DNA of 64,000 nt, from positions 169,960 to 233,959 of the forward strand of contig MFQZ01000010.1 of assembly GCA_001784435.1 (NCBI GenBank), read 5' to 3'. Positions 28,706 through 39,005 of the stretch are shown here, one piece after another. Made by a program: the position numbers and the translations under genes. Below the pieces are notes generated by a model. The model ran no database searches and was not told the origin of the DNA. It saw only the letters and a list, made by a program, of their open reading frames with translations. The stretch is from Candidatus Magasanikbacteria bacterium RIFOXYC2_FULL_42_28 (GTDB lineage Bacteria > Patescibacteriota > Patescibacteriia > Magasanikbacterales > GWA2-37-8). Position 1 is the first letter of the stretch, and each line of letters begins with the position of its first letter.

Positions 28706-30082
28706 ATGAGATTACTCAAGATTTCAGTAATAATATTTATTCTGGCATTAAGCGCTACCGTATTTGCCGGCTATTTTTGGTTGAAAAATACTTCTCCGGA
28801 AAAAATTGTTTTAAACGTTGGTAAAACAATCGGTGTTTCTCTAACCAACGGAACTAATTTAGAAAAAGTGCTGGGATTTGATAAGTCCAAGACCTATTTG
28901 ATTTTGTTTTTAAATAATACGGAATTACGGCCGGGCGGGGGATTTATCGGCGCTTACGCGGTGGTGCGGGCGAATAAAGGGGTGCCGGAAATTTTAAAAA
29001 TTGAAGGGAGCGAGCGCCTGGACAATAGCGCGGCCACTTTTGTTGATAATCCACCGGAGCCGATTAGCCGGCGGTTAAAAGTTAAACATTGGTATTTCCG
29101 CGATAGTAATTGGTCACCGGATTTCGCTCTTTCAGCCGAGCGCGCGCTTCAAATTTATCAAACAGAAAATGGCATAGGCGCGGCGGATATTGACGCGGTG
29201 ATTGGGTTTACCCCGACTGTTATTGAAGAATTATTGGAAATTATCGGTCCAATTACCGCCGAAGGGATGGAATTTAACGCGAAAAATTTTACGGAAAAAT
29301 TAGAATACGAAGTTGAATATGGTTACAAAGATCGCGGTGAACAATTTAATGACCGTAAAAATTTATTAGAAGATGTCGGGCTGGCCATAATCGCCAAAGC
29401 GCGGGAAAATTTATTATGGCGTTTGCAAAAATATATCACACTTGGCAAAAAAATATTGGCCGAAAAACAAGTGGCGATTTACGCGGTTGATAAAACTAAC
29501 CAAGAATTGCTCCGTCAAATTAATTGGACCGGTGAGATGCGTCAGCGGAGTGGTGATTATTTAATGTGGGTGGACGCGAACTTGGCCGCGCTTAAAACTG
29601 ACGCTGCGATTACGCGTTCGCTGGAATATCGGATTATCTCAACTAGTACCGGATATTTGGCCAGCGCGTCAATGAAATATAATCATACGGGAAAATACGA
29701 TTGGCGCACGAGCCGTTATTTGTCATACACACGCGTATTTGTTCCGATCGGAAGTAAATTAGTAAAAGTAACCGGTGCTATCACCAAAGACAGCCAAGGT
29801 GATTTATCAATTGGACAAGGAACAGAAAACGGTCGGCAGTGGTTTGGGGCATATATAAATATCGCGCCCGGCACAACTGATACGCTTACGTTTGAATATT
29901 TATTGCCGGAAACAGTAGTTAAGCAAATTGCGGATAAACAATATAATTTATTAGTCCAAAAACAAATTGGCACGAATGATGTGGGGTTGACGTTGGATTT
30001 ATTTTTTGCTAAAAATACTAATTTAAATACTAATTTAAATAAGTATTTAAATACTGATAAAGAATTTAAGATTAATAATTAA
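28706..30082 (+). CDS. DUF4012-type membrane-anchored protein
   Basis: YLILFLNNTELRPGGGFIG, RDSNWSPDF, DANLAALKTD, LLVQKQIG. Confidence 0.85.
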   Translation: MRLLKISVIIFILALSATVFAGYFWLKNTSPEKIVLNVGKTIGVSLTNGTNLEKVLGFDKSKTYLILFLNNTELRPGGGFIGAYAVVRANKGVPEILKIEGSERLDNSAATFVDNPPEPISRRLKVKHWYFRDSNWSPDFALSAERALQIYQTENGIGAADIDAVIGFTPTVIEELLEIIGPITAEGMEFNAKNFTEKLEYEVEYGYKDRGEQFNDRKNLLEDVGLAIIAKARENLLWRLQKYITLGKKILAEKQVAIYAVDKTNQELLRQINWTGEMRQRSGDYLMWVDANLAALKTDAAITRSLEYRIISTSTGYLASASMKYNHTGKYDWRTSRYLSYTRVFVPIGSKLVKVTGAITKDSQGDLSIGQGTENGRQWFGAYINIAPGTTDTLTFEYLLPETVVKQIADKQYNLLVQKQIGTNDVGLTLDLFFAKNTNLNTNLNKYLNTDKEFKINN

Positions 30083-30096
30083 TGATTCGTGGTTCT

Positions 30097-31104
30097 ATGT
30101 TTATCAAAAAAATCGGTATTGATCTGGGCACGACAAATGTGCTTGTGTACGTCCCCAAAAAAGGGATTATTATTAACGAACCATCGGTAGTCGCTGTTTC
30201 TAAAGCCGATGGTAAAATTTTGGCAGTTGGTTTGGAAGCGAAAGATATGATCGGGCGCACGCCGGATAGCATTATTGCCGAGCGTCCGCTGAAAGATGGC
30301 GTTATCGCCAATTATCACACTACCGAAGCGATGATGCGGTATTTTATTAATAAAGCATTAGGTGGTATGCGTTTGTTTCGGCCGGAAGTGATGGTGGCGG
30401 TGCCGGCTGGGATTACGTCTACCGAACGACGCGCGGTAATTGACGCGGCATTGGCCGCGGGCGCGCGGGCGGCTTACATTATTAAAGAACCGATTGTGGC
30501 AGCGATTGGCGCCGACATTCCGATTGGCGCGGCGTCTGGGCACATGATTATTGATATTGGTGGCGGAACGGCGGAGATTGCCGTTATTTCGCTTGGTGGG
30601 ATTGTGGCGTCGGGTTCAGTGCGTATTGGCGGTAATAAATTTGATTCGGCCATTGCCGAATATGTGCGTCATAAATATAATTTGGCGATTGGCGAAAGTA
30701 TGGCGGAAAGATTAAAAATTGCCGTTGGTTCGGCTATTTATATGGATAAGCCCTTAACTATGGAAGTAAAAGGGCGCGATATGATTACCGGCTTGCCACG
30801 CACGGTAACGGTTAATTCCGATGATACCACCGAAGCGCTACAACATGATTTGGAATTATTAGTGGAAGCGATTAAAGAGGTCTTACAGCGCACTCCGCCG
30901 GAATTATCGGCTGATGTAATTGAAAAAGGTATTATTTTGTCCGGCGGTTCGGCCTTGCTTCGGAATTTAGATGATTTAATCGCGCAAGCGACCGGTGTGT
31001 CCACTTATGTGGCCGAGGAGCCGTTGTTGTGCGTGGCGAAGGGGACGGGGATTGCTTTGGATAATTTGGATAATTATAAACGGAGTATTTTGGCGACGAA
31101 GTAA
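30097..31104 (+). CDS. mreB: Rod shape-determining protein MreB/Mbl
   Basis: IGIDLGT, NEPSVVA, RPLKDGVIA, IDIGGGT, TPPELSAD. Confidence 0.96.
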   Translation: MFIKKIGIDLGTTNVLVYVPKKGIIINEPSVVAVSKADGKILAVGLEAKDMIGRTPDSIIAERPLKDGVIANYHTTEAMMRYFINKALGGMRLFRPEVMVAVPAGITSTERRAVIDAALAAGARAAYIIKEPIVAAIGADIPIGAASGHMIIDIGGGTAEIAVISLGGIVASGSVRIGGNKFDSAIAEYVRHKYNLAIGESMAERLKIAVGSAIYMDKPLTMEVKGRDMITGLPRTVTVNSDDTTEALQHDLELLVEAIKEVLQRTPPELSADVIEKGIILSGGSALLRNLDDLIAQATGVSTYVAEEPLLCVAKGTGIALDNLDNYKRSILATK

Positions 31105-31122
31105 GTGTAAAATTTAAAAATC

Positions 31123-31153
31123 TCCGCCATAGGCGGACCCGCCTCTGGCGGGA
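31123..31153. repeat. Tandem CCGCC-n-GGCGG mini-hairpins
   Basis: TCCGCCATAGGCGGA-CCCGCCTCTGGCGGGA; same family at 22570 and 34588. Confidence 0.7.
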
Positions 31154-31168
31154 AAATTACAATGCATT

Positions 31169-32263
31169 ATGGTCATTGGGATAGAAGCCAGCCATGCTGT
31201 TAAACTGCCGCGCACCGGCGTAGAAGAAGCGTGCTGGCAAATGATTGAAAATCTCAAATCAACTCTACCGGCGGACACGCGGGTTATTTTGTATTCACAT
31301 ATTTTACCGACCGATCAGTTGAAAGATTTACCGCCGAACTGGAAGTGGAAAATTTTAAATTGGCCGTTGAAAAAATTATGGAGTCAATTACGATTATCTT
31401 ATGAATTATTTAAAAATCCACCTGATATATTTTTCGCGCTCGGACAACTTTTGCCGTTTTTTTTACCAAAAAAAATTAAAGTAGTCACTTTTGTGCATGA
31501 CAGCGCGTTTGAGGCCGAACCCGAAGTGTATAGTTTTTTAGGGAAAATTTATTTGAAATTAATGAATCGCCGCATCACGCGCCGAAGCGATAAAATTATC
31601 ACTTCCACCGAATTTAATAAACAAGAATTACAAAAGTATTATGGAGTAGCGTCGGAAAAAACTATCGTCGTCCCGCTCGCGTATGATAAAAATGTTTTTT
31701 GTATAGGCTCGGTAGTAACACTGTCGGTAATTTCTAAACCATATTTTATTTTTCTTGGTCGTTTGGAAGAAAAAAAGAATACTCCACTTTTGGTGCGCGC
31801 GTTTAATCAAGTCCGGCACGATGGTGTTGATTGCCAATTATTGTTAATCGGCAAGCCCGGCCATGGATTTGAACAAGTTCAATTTGGAATTGAAAATAGT
31901 CCATACCAAAACGACATCATTCGCCCCGGCTATGTTGATACCAAAGATTTGCCCGGCATAATTCGCGGAGCGCGCGCGCTAATTTTACCATCGCGCTACG
32001 AAGGTTTTGGCATGCCAATTTTGGAAGGAATGGCTTGTGGCACGCCGGTAATCGCGAGTGATATTCTGGCTTTACGAGAGGTTGGGGGAGATGCTGTGGC
32101 CTATATTCGCCCTACAGTGCCTGATTTGGCGACGATAATGGCCACGGCGGTGAAAGATTCCATTTGGCGACAAAACCACATCCAGGCCGGTTTAGAACAG
32201 GTTAAAAATTTCAGTTGGGTCAAAACTTCCGCTAAAATTGGCCAAGTGATTGCCAATATTTGA
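31169..32263 (+). CDS. Glycosyltransferase family 4 (group 1)
   Basis: RTGVE, VHD, GRLEEKKN, PSRYEGFGMPILEGMACGTPVI. Confidence 0.93.
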   Translation: MVIGIEASHAVKLPRTGVEEACWQMIENLKSTLPADTRVILYSHILPTDQLKDLPPNWKWKILNWPLKKLWSQLRLSYELFKNPPDIFFALGQLLPFFLPKKIKVVTFVHDSAFEAEPEVYSFLGKIYLKLMNRRITRRSDKIITSTEFNKQELQKYYGVASEKTIVVPLAYDKNVFCIGSVVTLSVISKPYFIFLGRLEEKKNTPLLVRAFNQVRHDGVDCQLLLIGKPGHGFEQVQFGIENSPYQNDIIRPGYVDTKDLPGIIRGARALILPSRYEGFGMPILEGMACGTPVIASDILALREVGGDAVAYIRPTVPDLATIMATAVKDSIWRQNHIQAGLEQVKNFSWVKTSAKIGQVIANI

Positions 32264-32291
32264 TATTTTTGTTATACTAACTGGTGTAAAT

Positions 32292-32402
32292 AATGTCCAA
32301 TTTCCAATTTCCAATGTCAAATCAATGTCAAAGCTCAAACGTTAAATTTGATATTTGGATTTTGGATTTGATTTGACATTGGTAATTTGGATTTTGACAT
32401 TA
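32292..32402. repeat. Heptamer-periodic imperfect inverted repeat (same type as 28578)
   Basis: AATGTCCAATTTCCAATTTCCAATGTCAAATCAA...TTTGATTTGACATTGGTAATTTGGATTTTGACATT. Confidence 0.8.
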
Positions 32403-32446
32403 TCAAAATTATTGATAGCTATTTTGATAATAGCAGACATTACGTT

Positions 32447-33361
32447 ATGTGCAATTTTATTGGTAATACCAAAATTCACCAGTATTTTTCTAAAATTGAT
32501 GGTAATAGTCAACTTGGTCATGCTTATGGATTTGCCGGATTAAATCAGGTGGGCAAACTCACTTTGGCAAAAATTGCCGCCGCGAAATTGTTGGGCGTCA
32601 CAATAGAAAAATTAGCGAGTAGTCCGGATTTTTATTTTGTGGAACGAGCTGTTGATGAAAAAACCGGTAAATTAAAACAAGACATTTCCGTTGAACAAGC
32701 GCGTGATGTCAAAGATATTTTGTTGCGCCGGCCGTGGTTAGGCGGATATCAAGTTGTAATAATTGACGAGATTGAACATTTGAATAAGGCCTCGGCCAAT
32801 TCCTTGTTAAAATTTTTAGAAGAACCGGCCAGTAAGAGTATTATTTTTATTATTACCGAAGACGAAAGTAAATTATTGCCGACCGTGCGTTCGCGGTGCC
32901 AATGGTGGCGGTTTAATCCGGTGGCGGAAGCGGAAATTGCGACTGGATTGCGTGAGCGCGGTATTGACGCGAGTGTCGCGAGCGAAGTTGCGGTTTTGGC
33001 CTCGGGACGGCCGGGGCGCGCTTTGGATTTGGCGCAGAGTCCGGAAAAATTAGCGTTAATTAAAGCCGAAGTGGTTCGTTACGAGAATTTGCGAATTGCG
33101 CCGGTACACGAACGATTTAAAACCATAGAAAGTTTAGCCGGAGAAAAAAAGGGTGCTACGCGTGGTAAAGATGAGTTAGATGAAATTTTACAAATTTGGA
33201 CAACGATAGAGCGAAAAAAAATGTTGCTCGCGATCGGGGCGTCTCAAAACCAATCTGTTAAAGTAATTGACGGTCTGACCAAATTACGCGAGTATTTAGG
33301 GAAGAATATTCATCCGCGTTTAGCGTTAGAAGAATTCTCATTAAATTTACCAATTAATTAA
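32447..33361 (+). CDS. holB: DNA polymerase III subunit delta'
   Basis: HAY.F.G...VGK, ISVEQAR, ANSLLKFLEEP, LLPTVRSRC, GRPGRAL. Confidence 0.9.
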   Translation: MCNFIGNTKIHQYFSKIDGNSQLGHAYGFAGLNQVGKLTLAKIAAAKLLGVTIEKLASSPDFYFVERAVDEKTGKLKQDISVEQARDVKDILLRRPWLGGYQVVIIDEIEHLNKASANSLLKFLEEPASKSIIFIITEDESKLLPTVRSRCQWWRFNPVAEAEIATGLRERGIDASVASEVAVLASGRPGRALDLAQSPEKLALIKAEVVRYENLRIAPVHERFKTIESLAGEKKGATRGKDELDEILQIWTTIERKKMLLAIGASQNQSVKVIDGLTKLREYLGKNIHPRLALEEFSLNLPIN

Positions 33362-33366
33362 ATATT

Positions 33367-33479
33367 AAATTCTAAACTCTAAATTCTAAACAAATCCAAA
33401 AATTAAAATTCAAATACTAAAATTTGAGCTTTGAAAAATTTGAACTTGTTTAGAGTTTAGAAATTAGAGTTTAGAATTT
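33367..33479. repeat. Heptamer-periodic inverted repeat (AATTCTA/AACTCTA type)
   Basis: AAATTCTAAACTCTAAATTCTAAACAAAT...TTGTTTAGAGTTTAGAAATTAGAGTTTAGAATTT; related copy at 58121. Confidence 0.85.
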
Positions 33480-33494
33480 TTATAAAATAATTCT

Positions 33495-34568
33495 ATGCGT
33501 AAAATATTCTATCTATTACCACTCGTAGTTTTAATTCTCACCGGCGCCGGTTGTCTTTCGTTTGGCAGTAGCACCGCCGGACCGATGGGCGTGTTTACGT
33601 CCGCTGATAAAGGTGAGACCTGGGCCGAGTCCAATGTCTATCCGACGGTGAAAGGCGTCCAAAGTGTCGCTGGCGCTAGAATATTCCGTTTACATACCGA
33701 CCCGTCCGATCCCAACGCAATTTATATGGCCACGCGCGGGCAAGGATTGTTTTATTCTTATAATAACGGTGGCTCTTGGCAGACATTTTCCGCTTTGGCC
33801 GGTAAATTTATTTATGGTTTTACGGTCGCGCCTCAAGATAAATGCGTGATGTACGCGAGCGATGGCCAACATATTTATAAAACCGATGATTGTGGCCGGA
33901 AATGGAATTTGTCTTACACCGAAGAACGCCCGAGCGAACATGTTACCGCGCTCGCGGTTGATTATGGTAATATCAATATAGTTTACGGTACCTTGATTGG
34001 CGGTGATTTTATGTTAAGTGAAGATGGCGGTCGCAGTTGGAAGGTGACAGCTCGTTTTGGTTTTGAAACGCAATATATGGTGGCTGATCAATTTCGCCCC
34101 AAGCGCGTGTATGTGGCCACGCAACGCAATGGCCTGCAACGTTCTGATGACGGTGGGCGCACTTTTCAAGATTTAAGCGAAGGCCTTGATAATTTTAGTG
34201 ATAGTTCTAACTTTTATCGTTTAGCGTTAAATCCAAAGACCCCGGGTGGTTTGTTTTGGATTTCTAAATATGGCATTTTAGAGTCCAATGACGCGGGCGT
34301 AACCTGGAGCGAGTTGAAATTGTTGACTCCGCCGGGCGGGGTGAATATTTACGCTTTCGCGATTAACCCCGGGAATTTAAATGAGATTTATTATACCGGC
34401 ACGATTTTGGGGCAAAAAAATGAGCATGTTCGTTCCACGTTTTATAAAACCACGGACGGCGGTAAAAGTTGGGTGACCAAAAAGTTGCCCACTAATTCTA
34501 TCCCCGTGTCGTTATTAATCAGCCCCAATAATGATAAACGGTTGTTCCTTGGGTTTACTAGCTTGTAA
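33495..34568 (+). CDS. Lipoprotein with BNR/Asp-box repeats (YCF48/VPS10-like beta-propeller)
   Basis: Lipobox LTGAGC; repeated S.D.G.TW motifs. Confidence 0.85.
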   Translation: MRKIFYLLPLVVLILTGAGCLSFGSSTAGPMGVFTSADKGETWAESNVYPTVKGVQSVAGARIFRLHTDPSDPNAIYMATRGQGLFYSYNNGGSWQTFSALAGKFIYGFTVAPQDKCVMYASDGQHIYKTDDCGRKWNLSYTEERPSEHVTALAVDYGNINIVYGTLIGGDFMLSEDGGRSWKVTARFGFETQYMVADQFRPKRVYVATQRNGLQRSDDGGRTFQDLSEGLDNFSDSSNFYRLALNPKTPGGLFWISKYGILESNDAGVTWSELKLLTPPGGVNIYAFAINPGNLNEIYYTGTILGQKNEHVRSTFYKTTDGGKSWVTKKLPTNSIPVSLLISPNNDKRLFLGFTSL

Positions 34569-34573
34569 TTTTT

Positions 34574-34616
34574 TGTCATTGCGAGGACCCGCCTCGGGCG
34601 GGGACGCGGCAATCTC
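34574..34616. repeat. Left half of GTCATTGCGAG...GCAATCTC palindromic element with nested hairpin
   Basis: TGTCATTGCGAGGA-CCCGCCTCGGGCGGG-GACGCGGCAATCTC. Confidence 0.75.
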
Positions 34617-34647
34617 TTCAATTATTAAAAAATAAAATAAACACAAT

Positions 34648-35196
34648 ATGAACATCAACGATTTTAAAGAAGATTTTGGTAAGGCCATCGAGTTTTTCAA
34701 AACCGATATTGCCGGTCTGCGCACCGGTCGCGCCACGAGTGCGATGGTAGAAAATGTTACCGTGGAGGCCTACGGGATTAGACAGCCACTTAAAGCCGTG
34801 GCGTCTATTTCTATTATGGATCCAAAGACATTGATGTTAGACCCGTGGGACAAAACTATTTTAGCAGCGGTGGAAAAAGGAATTCGCGATGCCAATATCG
34901 GAATTAATCCGGTTAATGACGGACGGGGAATTCGCCTGTCTTTGCCGGAATTAACCGTGGAACGTCGCCAAGAATTAATTAAAATTTTACGCGAGCGCAC
35001 TGAAGGTGTCCGAATCGCCATTCGTAAAATTCGCGAAGATATCAAAGACATGATTTTGGCCGAGCAGGAAGATAATAATATTGCCGAAGATGAAAAATTC
35101 CGTTTGATGGACGAGCTGGAAAAAGCGGTGAAGGATTATAATGAAGAGATTAAAGAGATTGCAAATAAAAAGGAGGAGGAAATTAGTACGGTGTAG
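34648..35196 (+). CDS. frr: Ribosome recycling factor
   Basis: LRTGRA, PWDK, NPVNDG, PELTVERRQEL. Confidence 0.97.
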   Translation: MNINDFKEDFGKAIEFFKTDIAGLRTGRATSAMVENVTVEAYGIRQPLKAVASISIMDPKTLMLDPWDKTILAAVEKGIRDANIGINPVNDGRGIRLSLPELTVERRQELIKILRERTEGVRIAIRKIREDIKDMILAEQEDNNIAEDEKFRLMDELEKAVKDYNEEIKEIANKKEEEISTV

Positions 35197-35261
35197 TTGG
35201 TTCATAGCCAATAGTTCACAGCCAATAGATGAGTGAGCGAATTGGGGAATTTTATAAATTT

Positions 35262-36626
35262 ATGCCAGAAAAAAATGATCTAATGGAAAAAGTAATTTCA
35301 CTTTGCAAACGTCGTGGTTTTATTTTCCCCGGTTCGGAAATTTATGGCGGGTTGGCCAATAGTTGGGATTATGGTCCACTCGGCCACCAGTTGAAACAAA
35401 ATATCAAAACTTTGTGGTGGAAATTTTTTGTGACCAGTCGCGAGGATATGGTACCAATGGATACGGCTATTATTATGAATCCGCGCGTGTGGGAGGCATC
35501 CGGGCATTTACAAAATTTTTCGGACGCGCTCGTGGAATGCAAAGTTTGCCACAAACGTTTTCGTGCCGATCATTTACTCGAAGCCAAAGGTATTGTTCCG
35601 CGTTACGCTAAAGAAGAATTGCAGGATTTGGATCAAATTAATTGTCCGGAATGTGCTGGGGATTTAACCGCGCCGAAGAATTTTAATTTGATGTTTAAGA
35701 CTGCGTTTGGCATAAATGACGCGACTGCCTTGGATGTTTATTTGCGCCCGGAAACTGCTGGCGGCATGTTTGTAAATTTTAAAAATATCTTAAATGTAAC
35801 GCGCAAGCGTTTGCCGTTTGGAATCGCCCAAGTTGGTAAATGTTTTCGTAACGAAATTACGCCCGGGAATTTTATTTTTCGCACGCGTGAATTTGAAATC
35901 GGCGAGTTTGAATATTTTATTAAGCCCGGGGAATGGGAAAAGGTTTTTGAAATGTGGCTCGGCGAAATCAAACGCTGGTGGCAAGACGCGATGAAAATAA
36001 ATATGGATAATTTGGTGTGGCATGAAATTCCGGAGACAGAGCGCGCGCATTATAGCAAGCGCACGGTGGATATTGAATACAAATATCCGTTTGGCGTGAA
36101 AGAATTGCACGGCATTGCCTACCGCACGGATTTTGATTTGAGTCGTCACGAAAAAGTGAGTGGTCAAGATTTACATTATACTGATCCGGAAACTAACGAG
36201 AAATTTCTGCCACACGTGATTGAGCCGACATTTGGTATTGATCGGATGTTACTGGTGGCGCTTTTGGAAGCGTATCATGAAGAAGAAGTTGATAATGAAG
36301 TTCGTGTTGTTATGAAATTTCCGAAATATTTGGCACCGATTCAAGTTGCGGTTTTGCCCTTGTCTAAAAAAGACGAATTATCCGGTCCAGCCAAAGAGTT
36401 GGCCGCCGATTTGCGTAAGAATTTTGTCGTGGATTATGATGAAACCCAATCAATCGGCAAACGCTATCGCCGTCAAGACGAAGTGGGAACGCCGTATTGC
36501 GTTACGATGGATTTTGATTCTTTGGAAGATAAAAAAGTGACAGTGCGGGATCGTGATACGATGGTGCAAGAGAGAGTTGAAATTGTAGAATTAACAAATT
36601 ATTTAAAAGAAAAATTTAATTTTTAA
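35262..36626 (+). CDS. glyQS: Glycine--tRNA ligase (alpha2 type)
   Basis: LCKRRGFIFPGSEIYGG, YLRPETAG, FRNEITPGNFIFRTREFE, SIGKRYRRQDEVGTP. Confidence 0.97.
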   Translation: MPEKNDLMEKVISLCKRRGFIFPGSEIYGGLANSWDYGPLGHQLKQNIKTLWWKFFVTSREDMVPMDTAIIMNPRVWEASGHLQNFSDALVECKVCHKRFRADHLLEAKGIVPRYAKEELQDLDQINCPECAGDLTAPKNFNLMFKTAFGINDATALDVYLRPETAGGMFVNFKNILNVTRKRLPFGIAQVGKCFRNEITPGNFIFRTREFEIGEFEYFIKPGEWEKVFEMWLGEIKRWWQDAMKINMDNLVWHEIPETERAHYSKRTVDIEYKYPFGVKELHGIAYRTDFDLSRHEKVSGQDLHYTDPETNEKFLPHVIEPTFGIDRMLLVALLEAYHEEEVDNEVRVVMKFPKYLAPIQVAVLPLSKKDELSGPAKELAADLRKNFVVDYDETQSIGKRYRRQDEVGTPYCVTMDFDSLEDKKVTVRDRDTMVQERVEIVELTNYLKEKFNF

Positions 36627-36637
36627 TATTTATAAAT

Positions 36638-36943
36638 ATGCCAGAAGATTTTGTCGCGGAGATGGAAAAAGCGCGTCACGCTGAAGCGCTTAGTGAATAT
36701 CAGCAGGTAGTTGCTAGAATAGAATCGGTTTATAAGCGTCCAGTATTACGCATTGGTTTGAATGGTGATTTTACGTTTGCTCCGACTGAAATCGTGGCAG
36801 AGATGGACGAGGATGCTGAACTAGTTGAAGCGGATAGGGCGCCTTTTGTAGCGGATTTGGCAGCGTTAGTCGCCAAGCATCAATGGATTCCACCAGAATA
36901 TGAACATGCGTCAGTATCTGGTACGTTGTCTGATAAAATTTAA
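36638..36943 (+). CDS. Hypothetical protein
   Basis: 101-aa ORF filling the operon gap with tight spacing. Confidence 0.6.
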   Translation: MPEDFVAEMEKARHAEALSEYQQVVARIESVYKRPVLRIGLNGDFTFAPTEIVAEMDEDAELVEADRAPFVADLAALVAKHQWIPPEYEHASVSGTLSDKI

Positions 36944-36949
36944 TTTATT

Positions 36950-38218
36950 ATGCACGAAATAAAAAAACTAAAAAACGGTTTACAATACATTTACATTCCA
37001 AACTCCGGTACGAGCGCCGTGACCGTTTTGCTTTTGTTCCCAATTGGGTCGCGCTATGAAACCCCTAAGACCTCCGGCATTTCGCATTTTTTGGAGCACA
37101 TGCTTTTTAAAGGCACCAAAAAGCGTAAAGATTATTTAGCGGTGTCGCGCGAATTAGATGCGGCCGGTGCCGAATACAACGCCTTCACTTCCAAAGATTA
37201 TACCGGTTATTATGTAAAAATTGGCGCCGAACTCGCGGACGAGGCGTTTGATATGATTTCGGATATTGCGTTTAATTCCACGATGCCGGCGAAAGAAATT
37301 GAGAAAGAAAAAGGGGTGATTGTGGAAGAATTGCGGATGTATGAAGATAATCCAATGATGGCGGTGGATTTGCTTTTTGACCGCACGATGTTTGCCAATC
37401 ATCCGCTCGGTTGGGATATTGGTGGTTCACCCGAAACTGTCCGCAATATGACACGGGAGGAATTATTAAATTATTATCACGATCATTATCATCCGCAGAA
37501 CGCGGTTTTGGTGGTATCGGGAAATTTAAGTAAAAAGGATTTTGCCAAACATTTGAAAAAATTTGCGAGTGGCAATAAAAAGAATCTGGCGGAGACCCAA
37601 TACTTAACATATAAACACAAAAGTAATCAGGCACTGGCCGACCGAGTAGCGGTGAAAGAACGAAAAATTGACCAGGCGCAAATTATTTTGGGTTTTCCGG
37701 GTTTGGCGCATGATGACAAACGTGCTTACGTAGCCGCGGTATTGCTAACAATTTTAGGCGGTGGCATGAGTTCGCGGTTGTTTGTGGAAGTGCGTGAAAA
37801 GCGTGGGCTATGTTATATGGTGCGGGCCGGCTCATCGTCTTATCGCGACACGGGTGTGGTATCTGTCCAAGCCGGCTTGGATCCGGCCAGAATGGGTGAG
37901 GCAATTAAAACCATTAAAACTGAATTAAAAAAGATTTCTACCAAACCGGTCAGCAAAAAAGAATTGGCTGATGCCAAAACCAATTTAATCGGACGGATGG
38001 AATTGGCTATGGAAGATTCGTCCACGGTGGCGGAAAAAGCCGCCAAGCAATTTATTTTTGTTAATCACGCCGACACGCCGGCTGAAACCACCGCCAAAAT
38101 TAAAAAAGTAACCGCGAGCGAAGTTAGAGCCGTGGCCAAGGTGTTATTTATTGAAAAAGAAATGCGTTTGGCGGTGATTGGCCCGATTACGAAAGAAAAA
38201 GTTTTAAAATTATTGTAA
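36950..38218 (+). CDS. M16 (pitrilysin) family zinc peptidase
   Basis: HFLEH inverted zinc motif, NAFTS, GGGMSSRLFVEVREKRGL. Confidence 0.95.
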   Translation: MHEIKKLKNGLQYIYIPNSGTSAVTVLLLFPIGSRYETPKTSGISHFLEHMLFKGTKKRKDYLAVSRELDAAGAEYNAFTSKDYTGYYVKIGAELADEAFDMISDIAFNSTMPAKEIEKEKGVIVEELRMYEDNPMMAVDLLFDRTMFANHPLGWDIGGSPETVRNMTREELLNYYHDHYHPQNAVLVVSGNLSKKDFAKHLKKFASGNKKNLAETQYLTYKHKSNQALADRVAVKERKIDQAQIILGFPGLAHDDKRAYVAAVLLTILGGGMSSRLFVEVREKRGLCYMVRAGSSSYRDTGVVSVQAGLDPARMGEAIKTIKTELKKISTKPVSKKELADAKTNLIGRMELAMEDSSTVAEKAAKQFIFVNHADTPAETTAKIKKVTASEVRAVAKVLFIEKEMRLAVIGPITKEKVLKLL

Positions 38219-38224
38219 AATTTT

Positions 38225-39004
38225 ATGTCCACCCATAATAACCAATTTTACTTTTTCGCTAACTGGAAAATGTATTTGGATTTTAACGAAGCCAATATTT
38301 TAGCGCACGCGATTGCTAGTGAACACAAGCAGTTTTCGGCTAATGTTAAAATGGCAATTTTTCCAAACGCGCTGTCACTTTACACTGCCGGTCAGACGCT
38401 AAAAGACGTAGGCATTGCCGTGGGCGGACAAAATGTTTTTTGGGAAGATAAAGGGGGATACACCGGTGAAATTTCCGCGACCATGTATCAAGCGGCCGGA
38501 TGTGATTACGCGCTCGTGGGGCATTCGGAGCGTCGCCATCAATTCCACGAAACCAATCACGAAGTGCGACAAAAAATGCAAGCGGTTTTGGAGTCGGGTT
38601 TGACTCCGGTATTGTGCGTGGGGGAGACGCTTAAAGAAAGAGAAGATGGCAAGACCGAAGAAGTTGTCGAAATTCAATTGCGTAGTGCCTTGCAAGATAT
38701 TGTTTGGCCGACTGATCGAGAATTAATAATTGCGTATGAGCCGGTGTGGGCGATTAGTAAAGGTGCTGGGGCAAATGAAGCTGGAAAACATTGCGATGAC
38801 GTTGAGGCCGAAAGAGTGCATAAAATGATAAGAGAATTTTCTGCGGGTTTAATAAAATTAGACCCAGTAGTTTTGTTTGGTGGTAGTGTTCGACCACCCA
38901 CTACTGATTATTATTTGCGGCAGCTAAATGTAAATGGAATTTTGGTAGGTGCGGCCTCAACCCAATTGGAAAGTTTTATGGGTATTTTATCCAATATTAA
39001 ATAG
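38225..39004 (+). CDS. tpiA: Triosephosphate isomerase
   Basis: NWKM, GYTGEIS, VGHSERR, AYEPVWAI, GGSV. Confidence 0.95.
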   Translation: MSTHNNQFYFFANWKMYLDFNEANILAHAIASEHKQFSANVKMAIFPNALSLYTAGQTLKDVGIAVGGQNVFWEDKGGYTGEISATMYQAAGCDYALVGHSERRHQFHETNHEVRQKMQAVLESGLTPVLCVGETLKEREDGKTEEVVEIQLRSALQDIVWPTDRELIIAYEPVWAISKGAGANEAGKHCDDVEAERVHKMIREFSAGLIKLDPVVLFGGSVRPPTTDYYLRQLNVNGILVGAASTQLESFMGILSNIK

Positions 39005-39005
39005 T

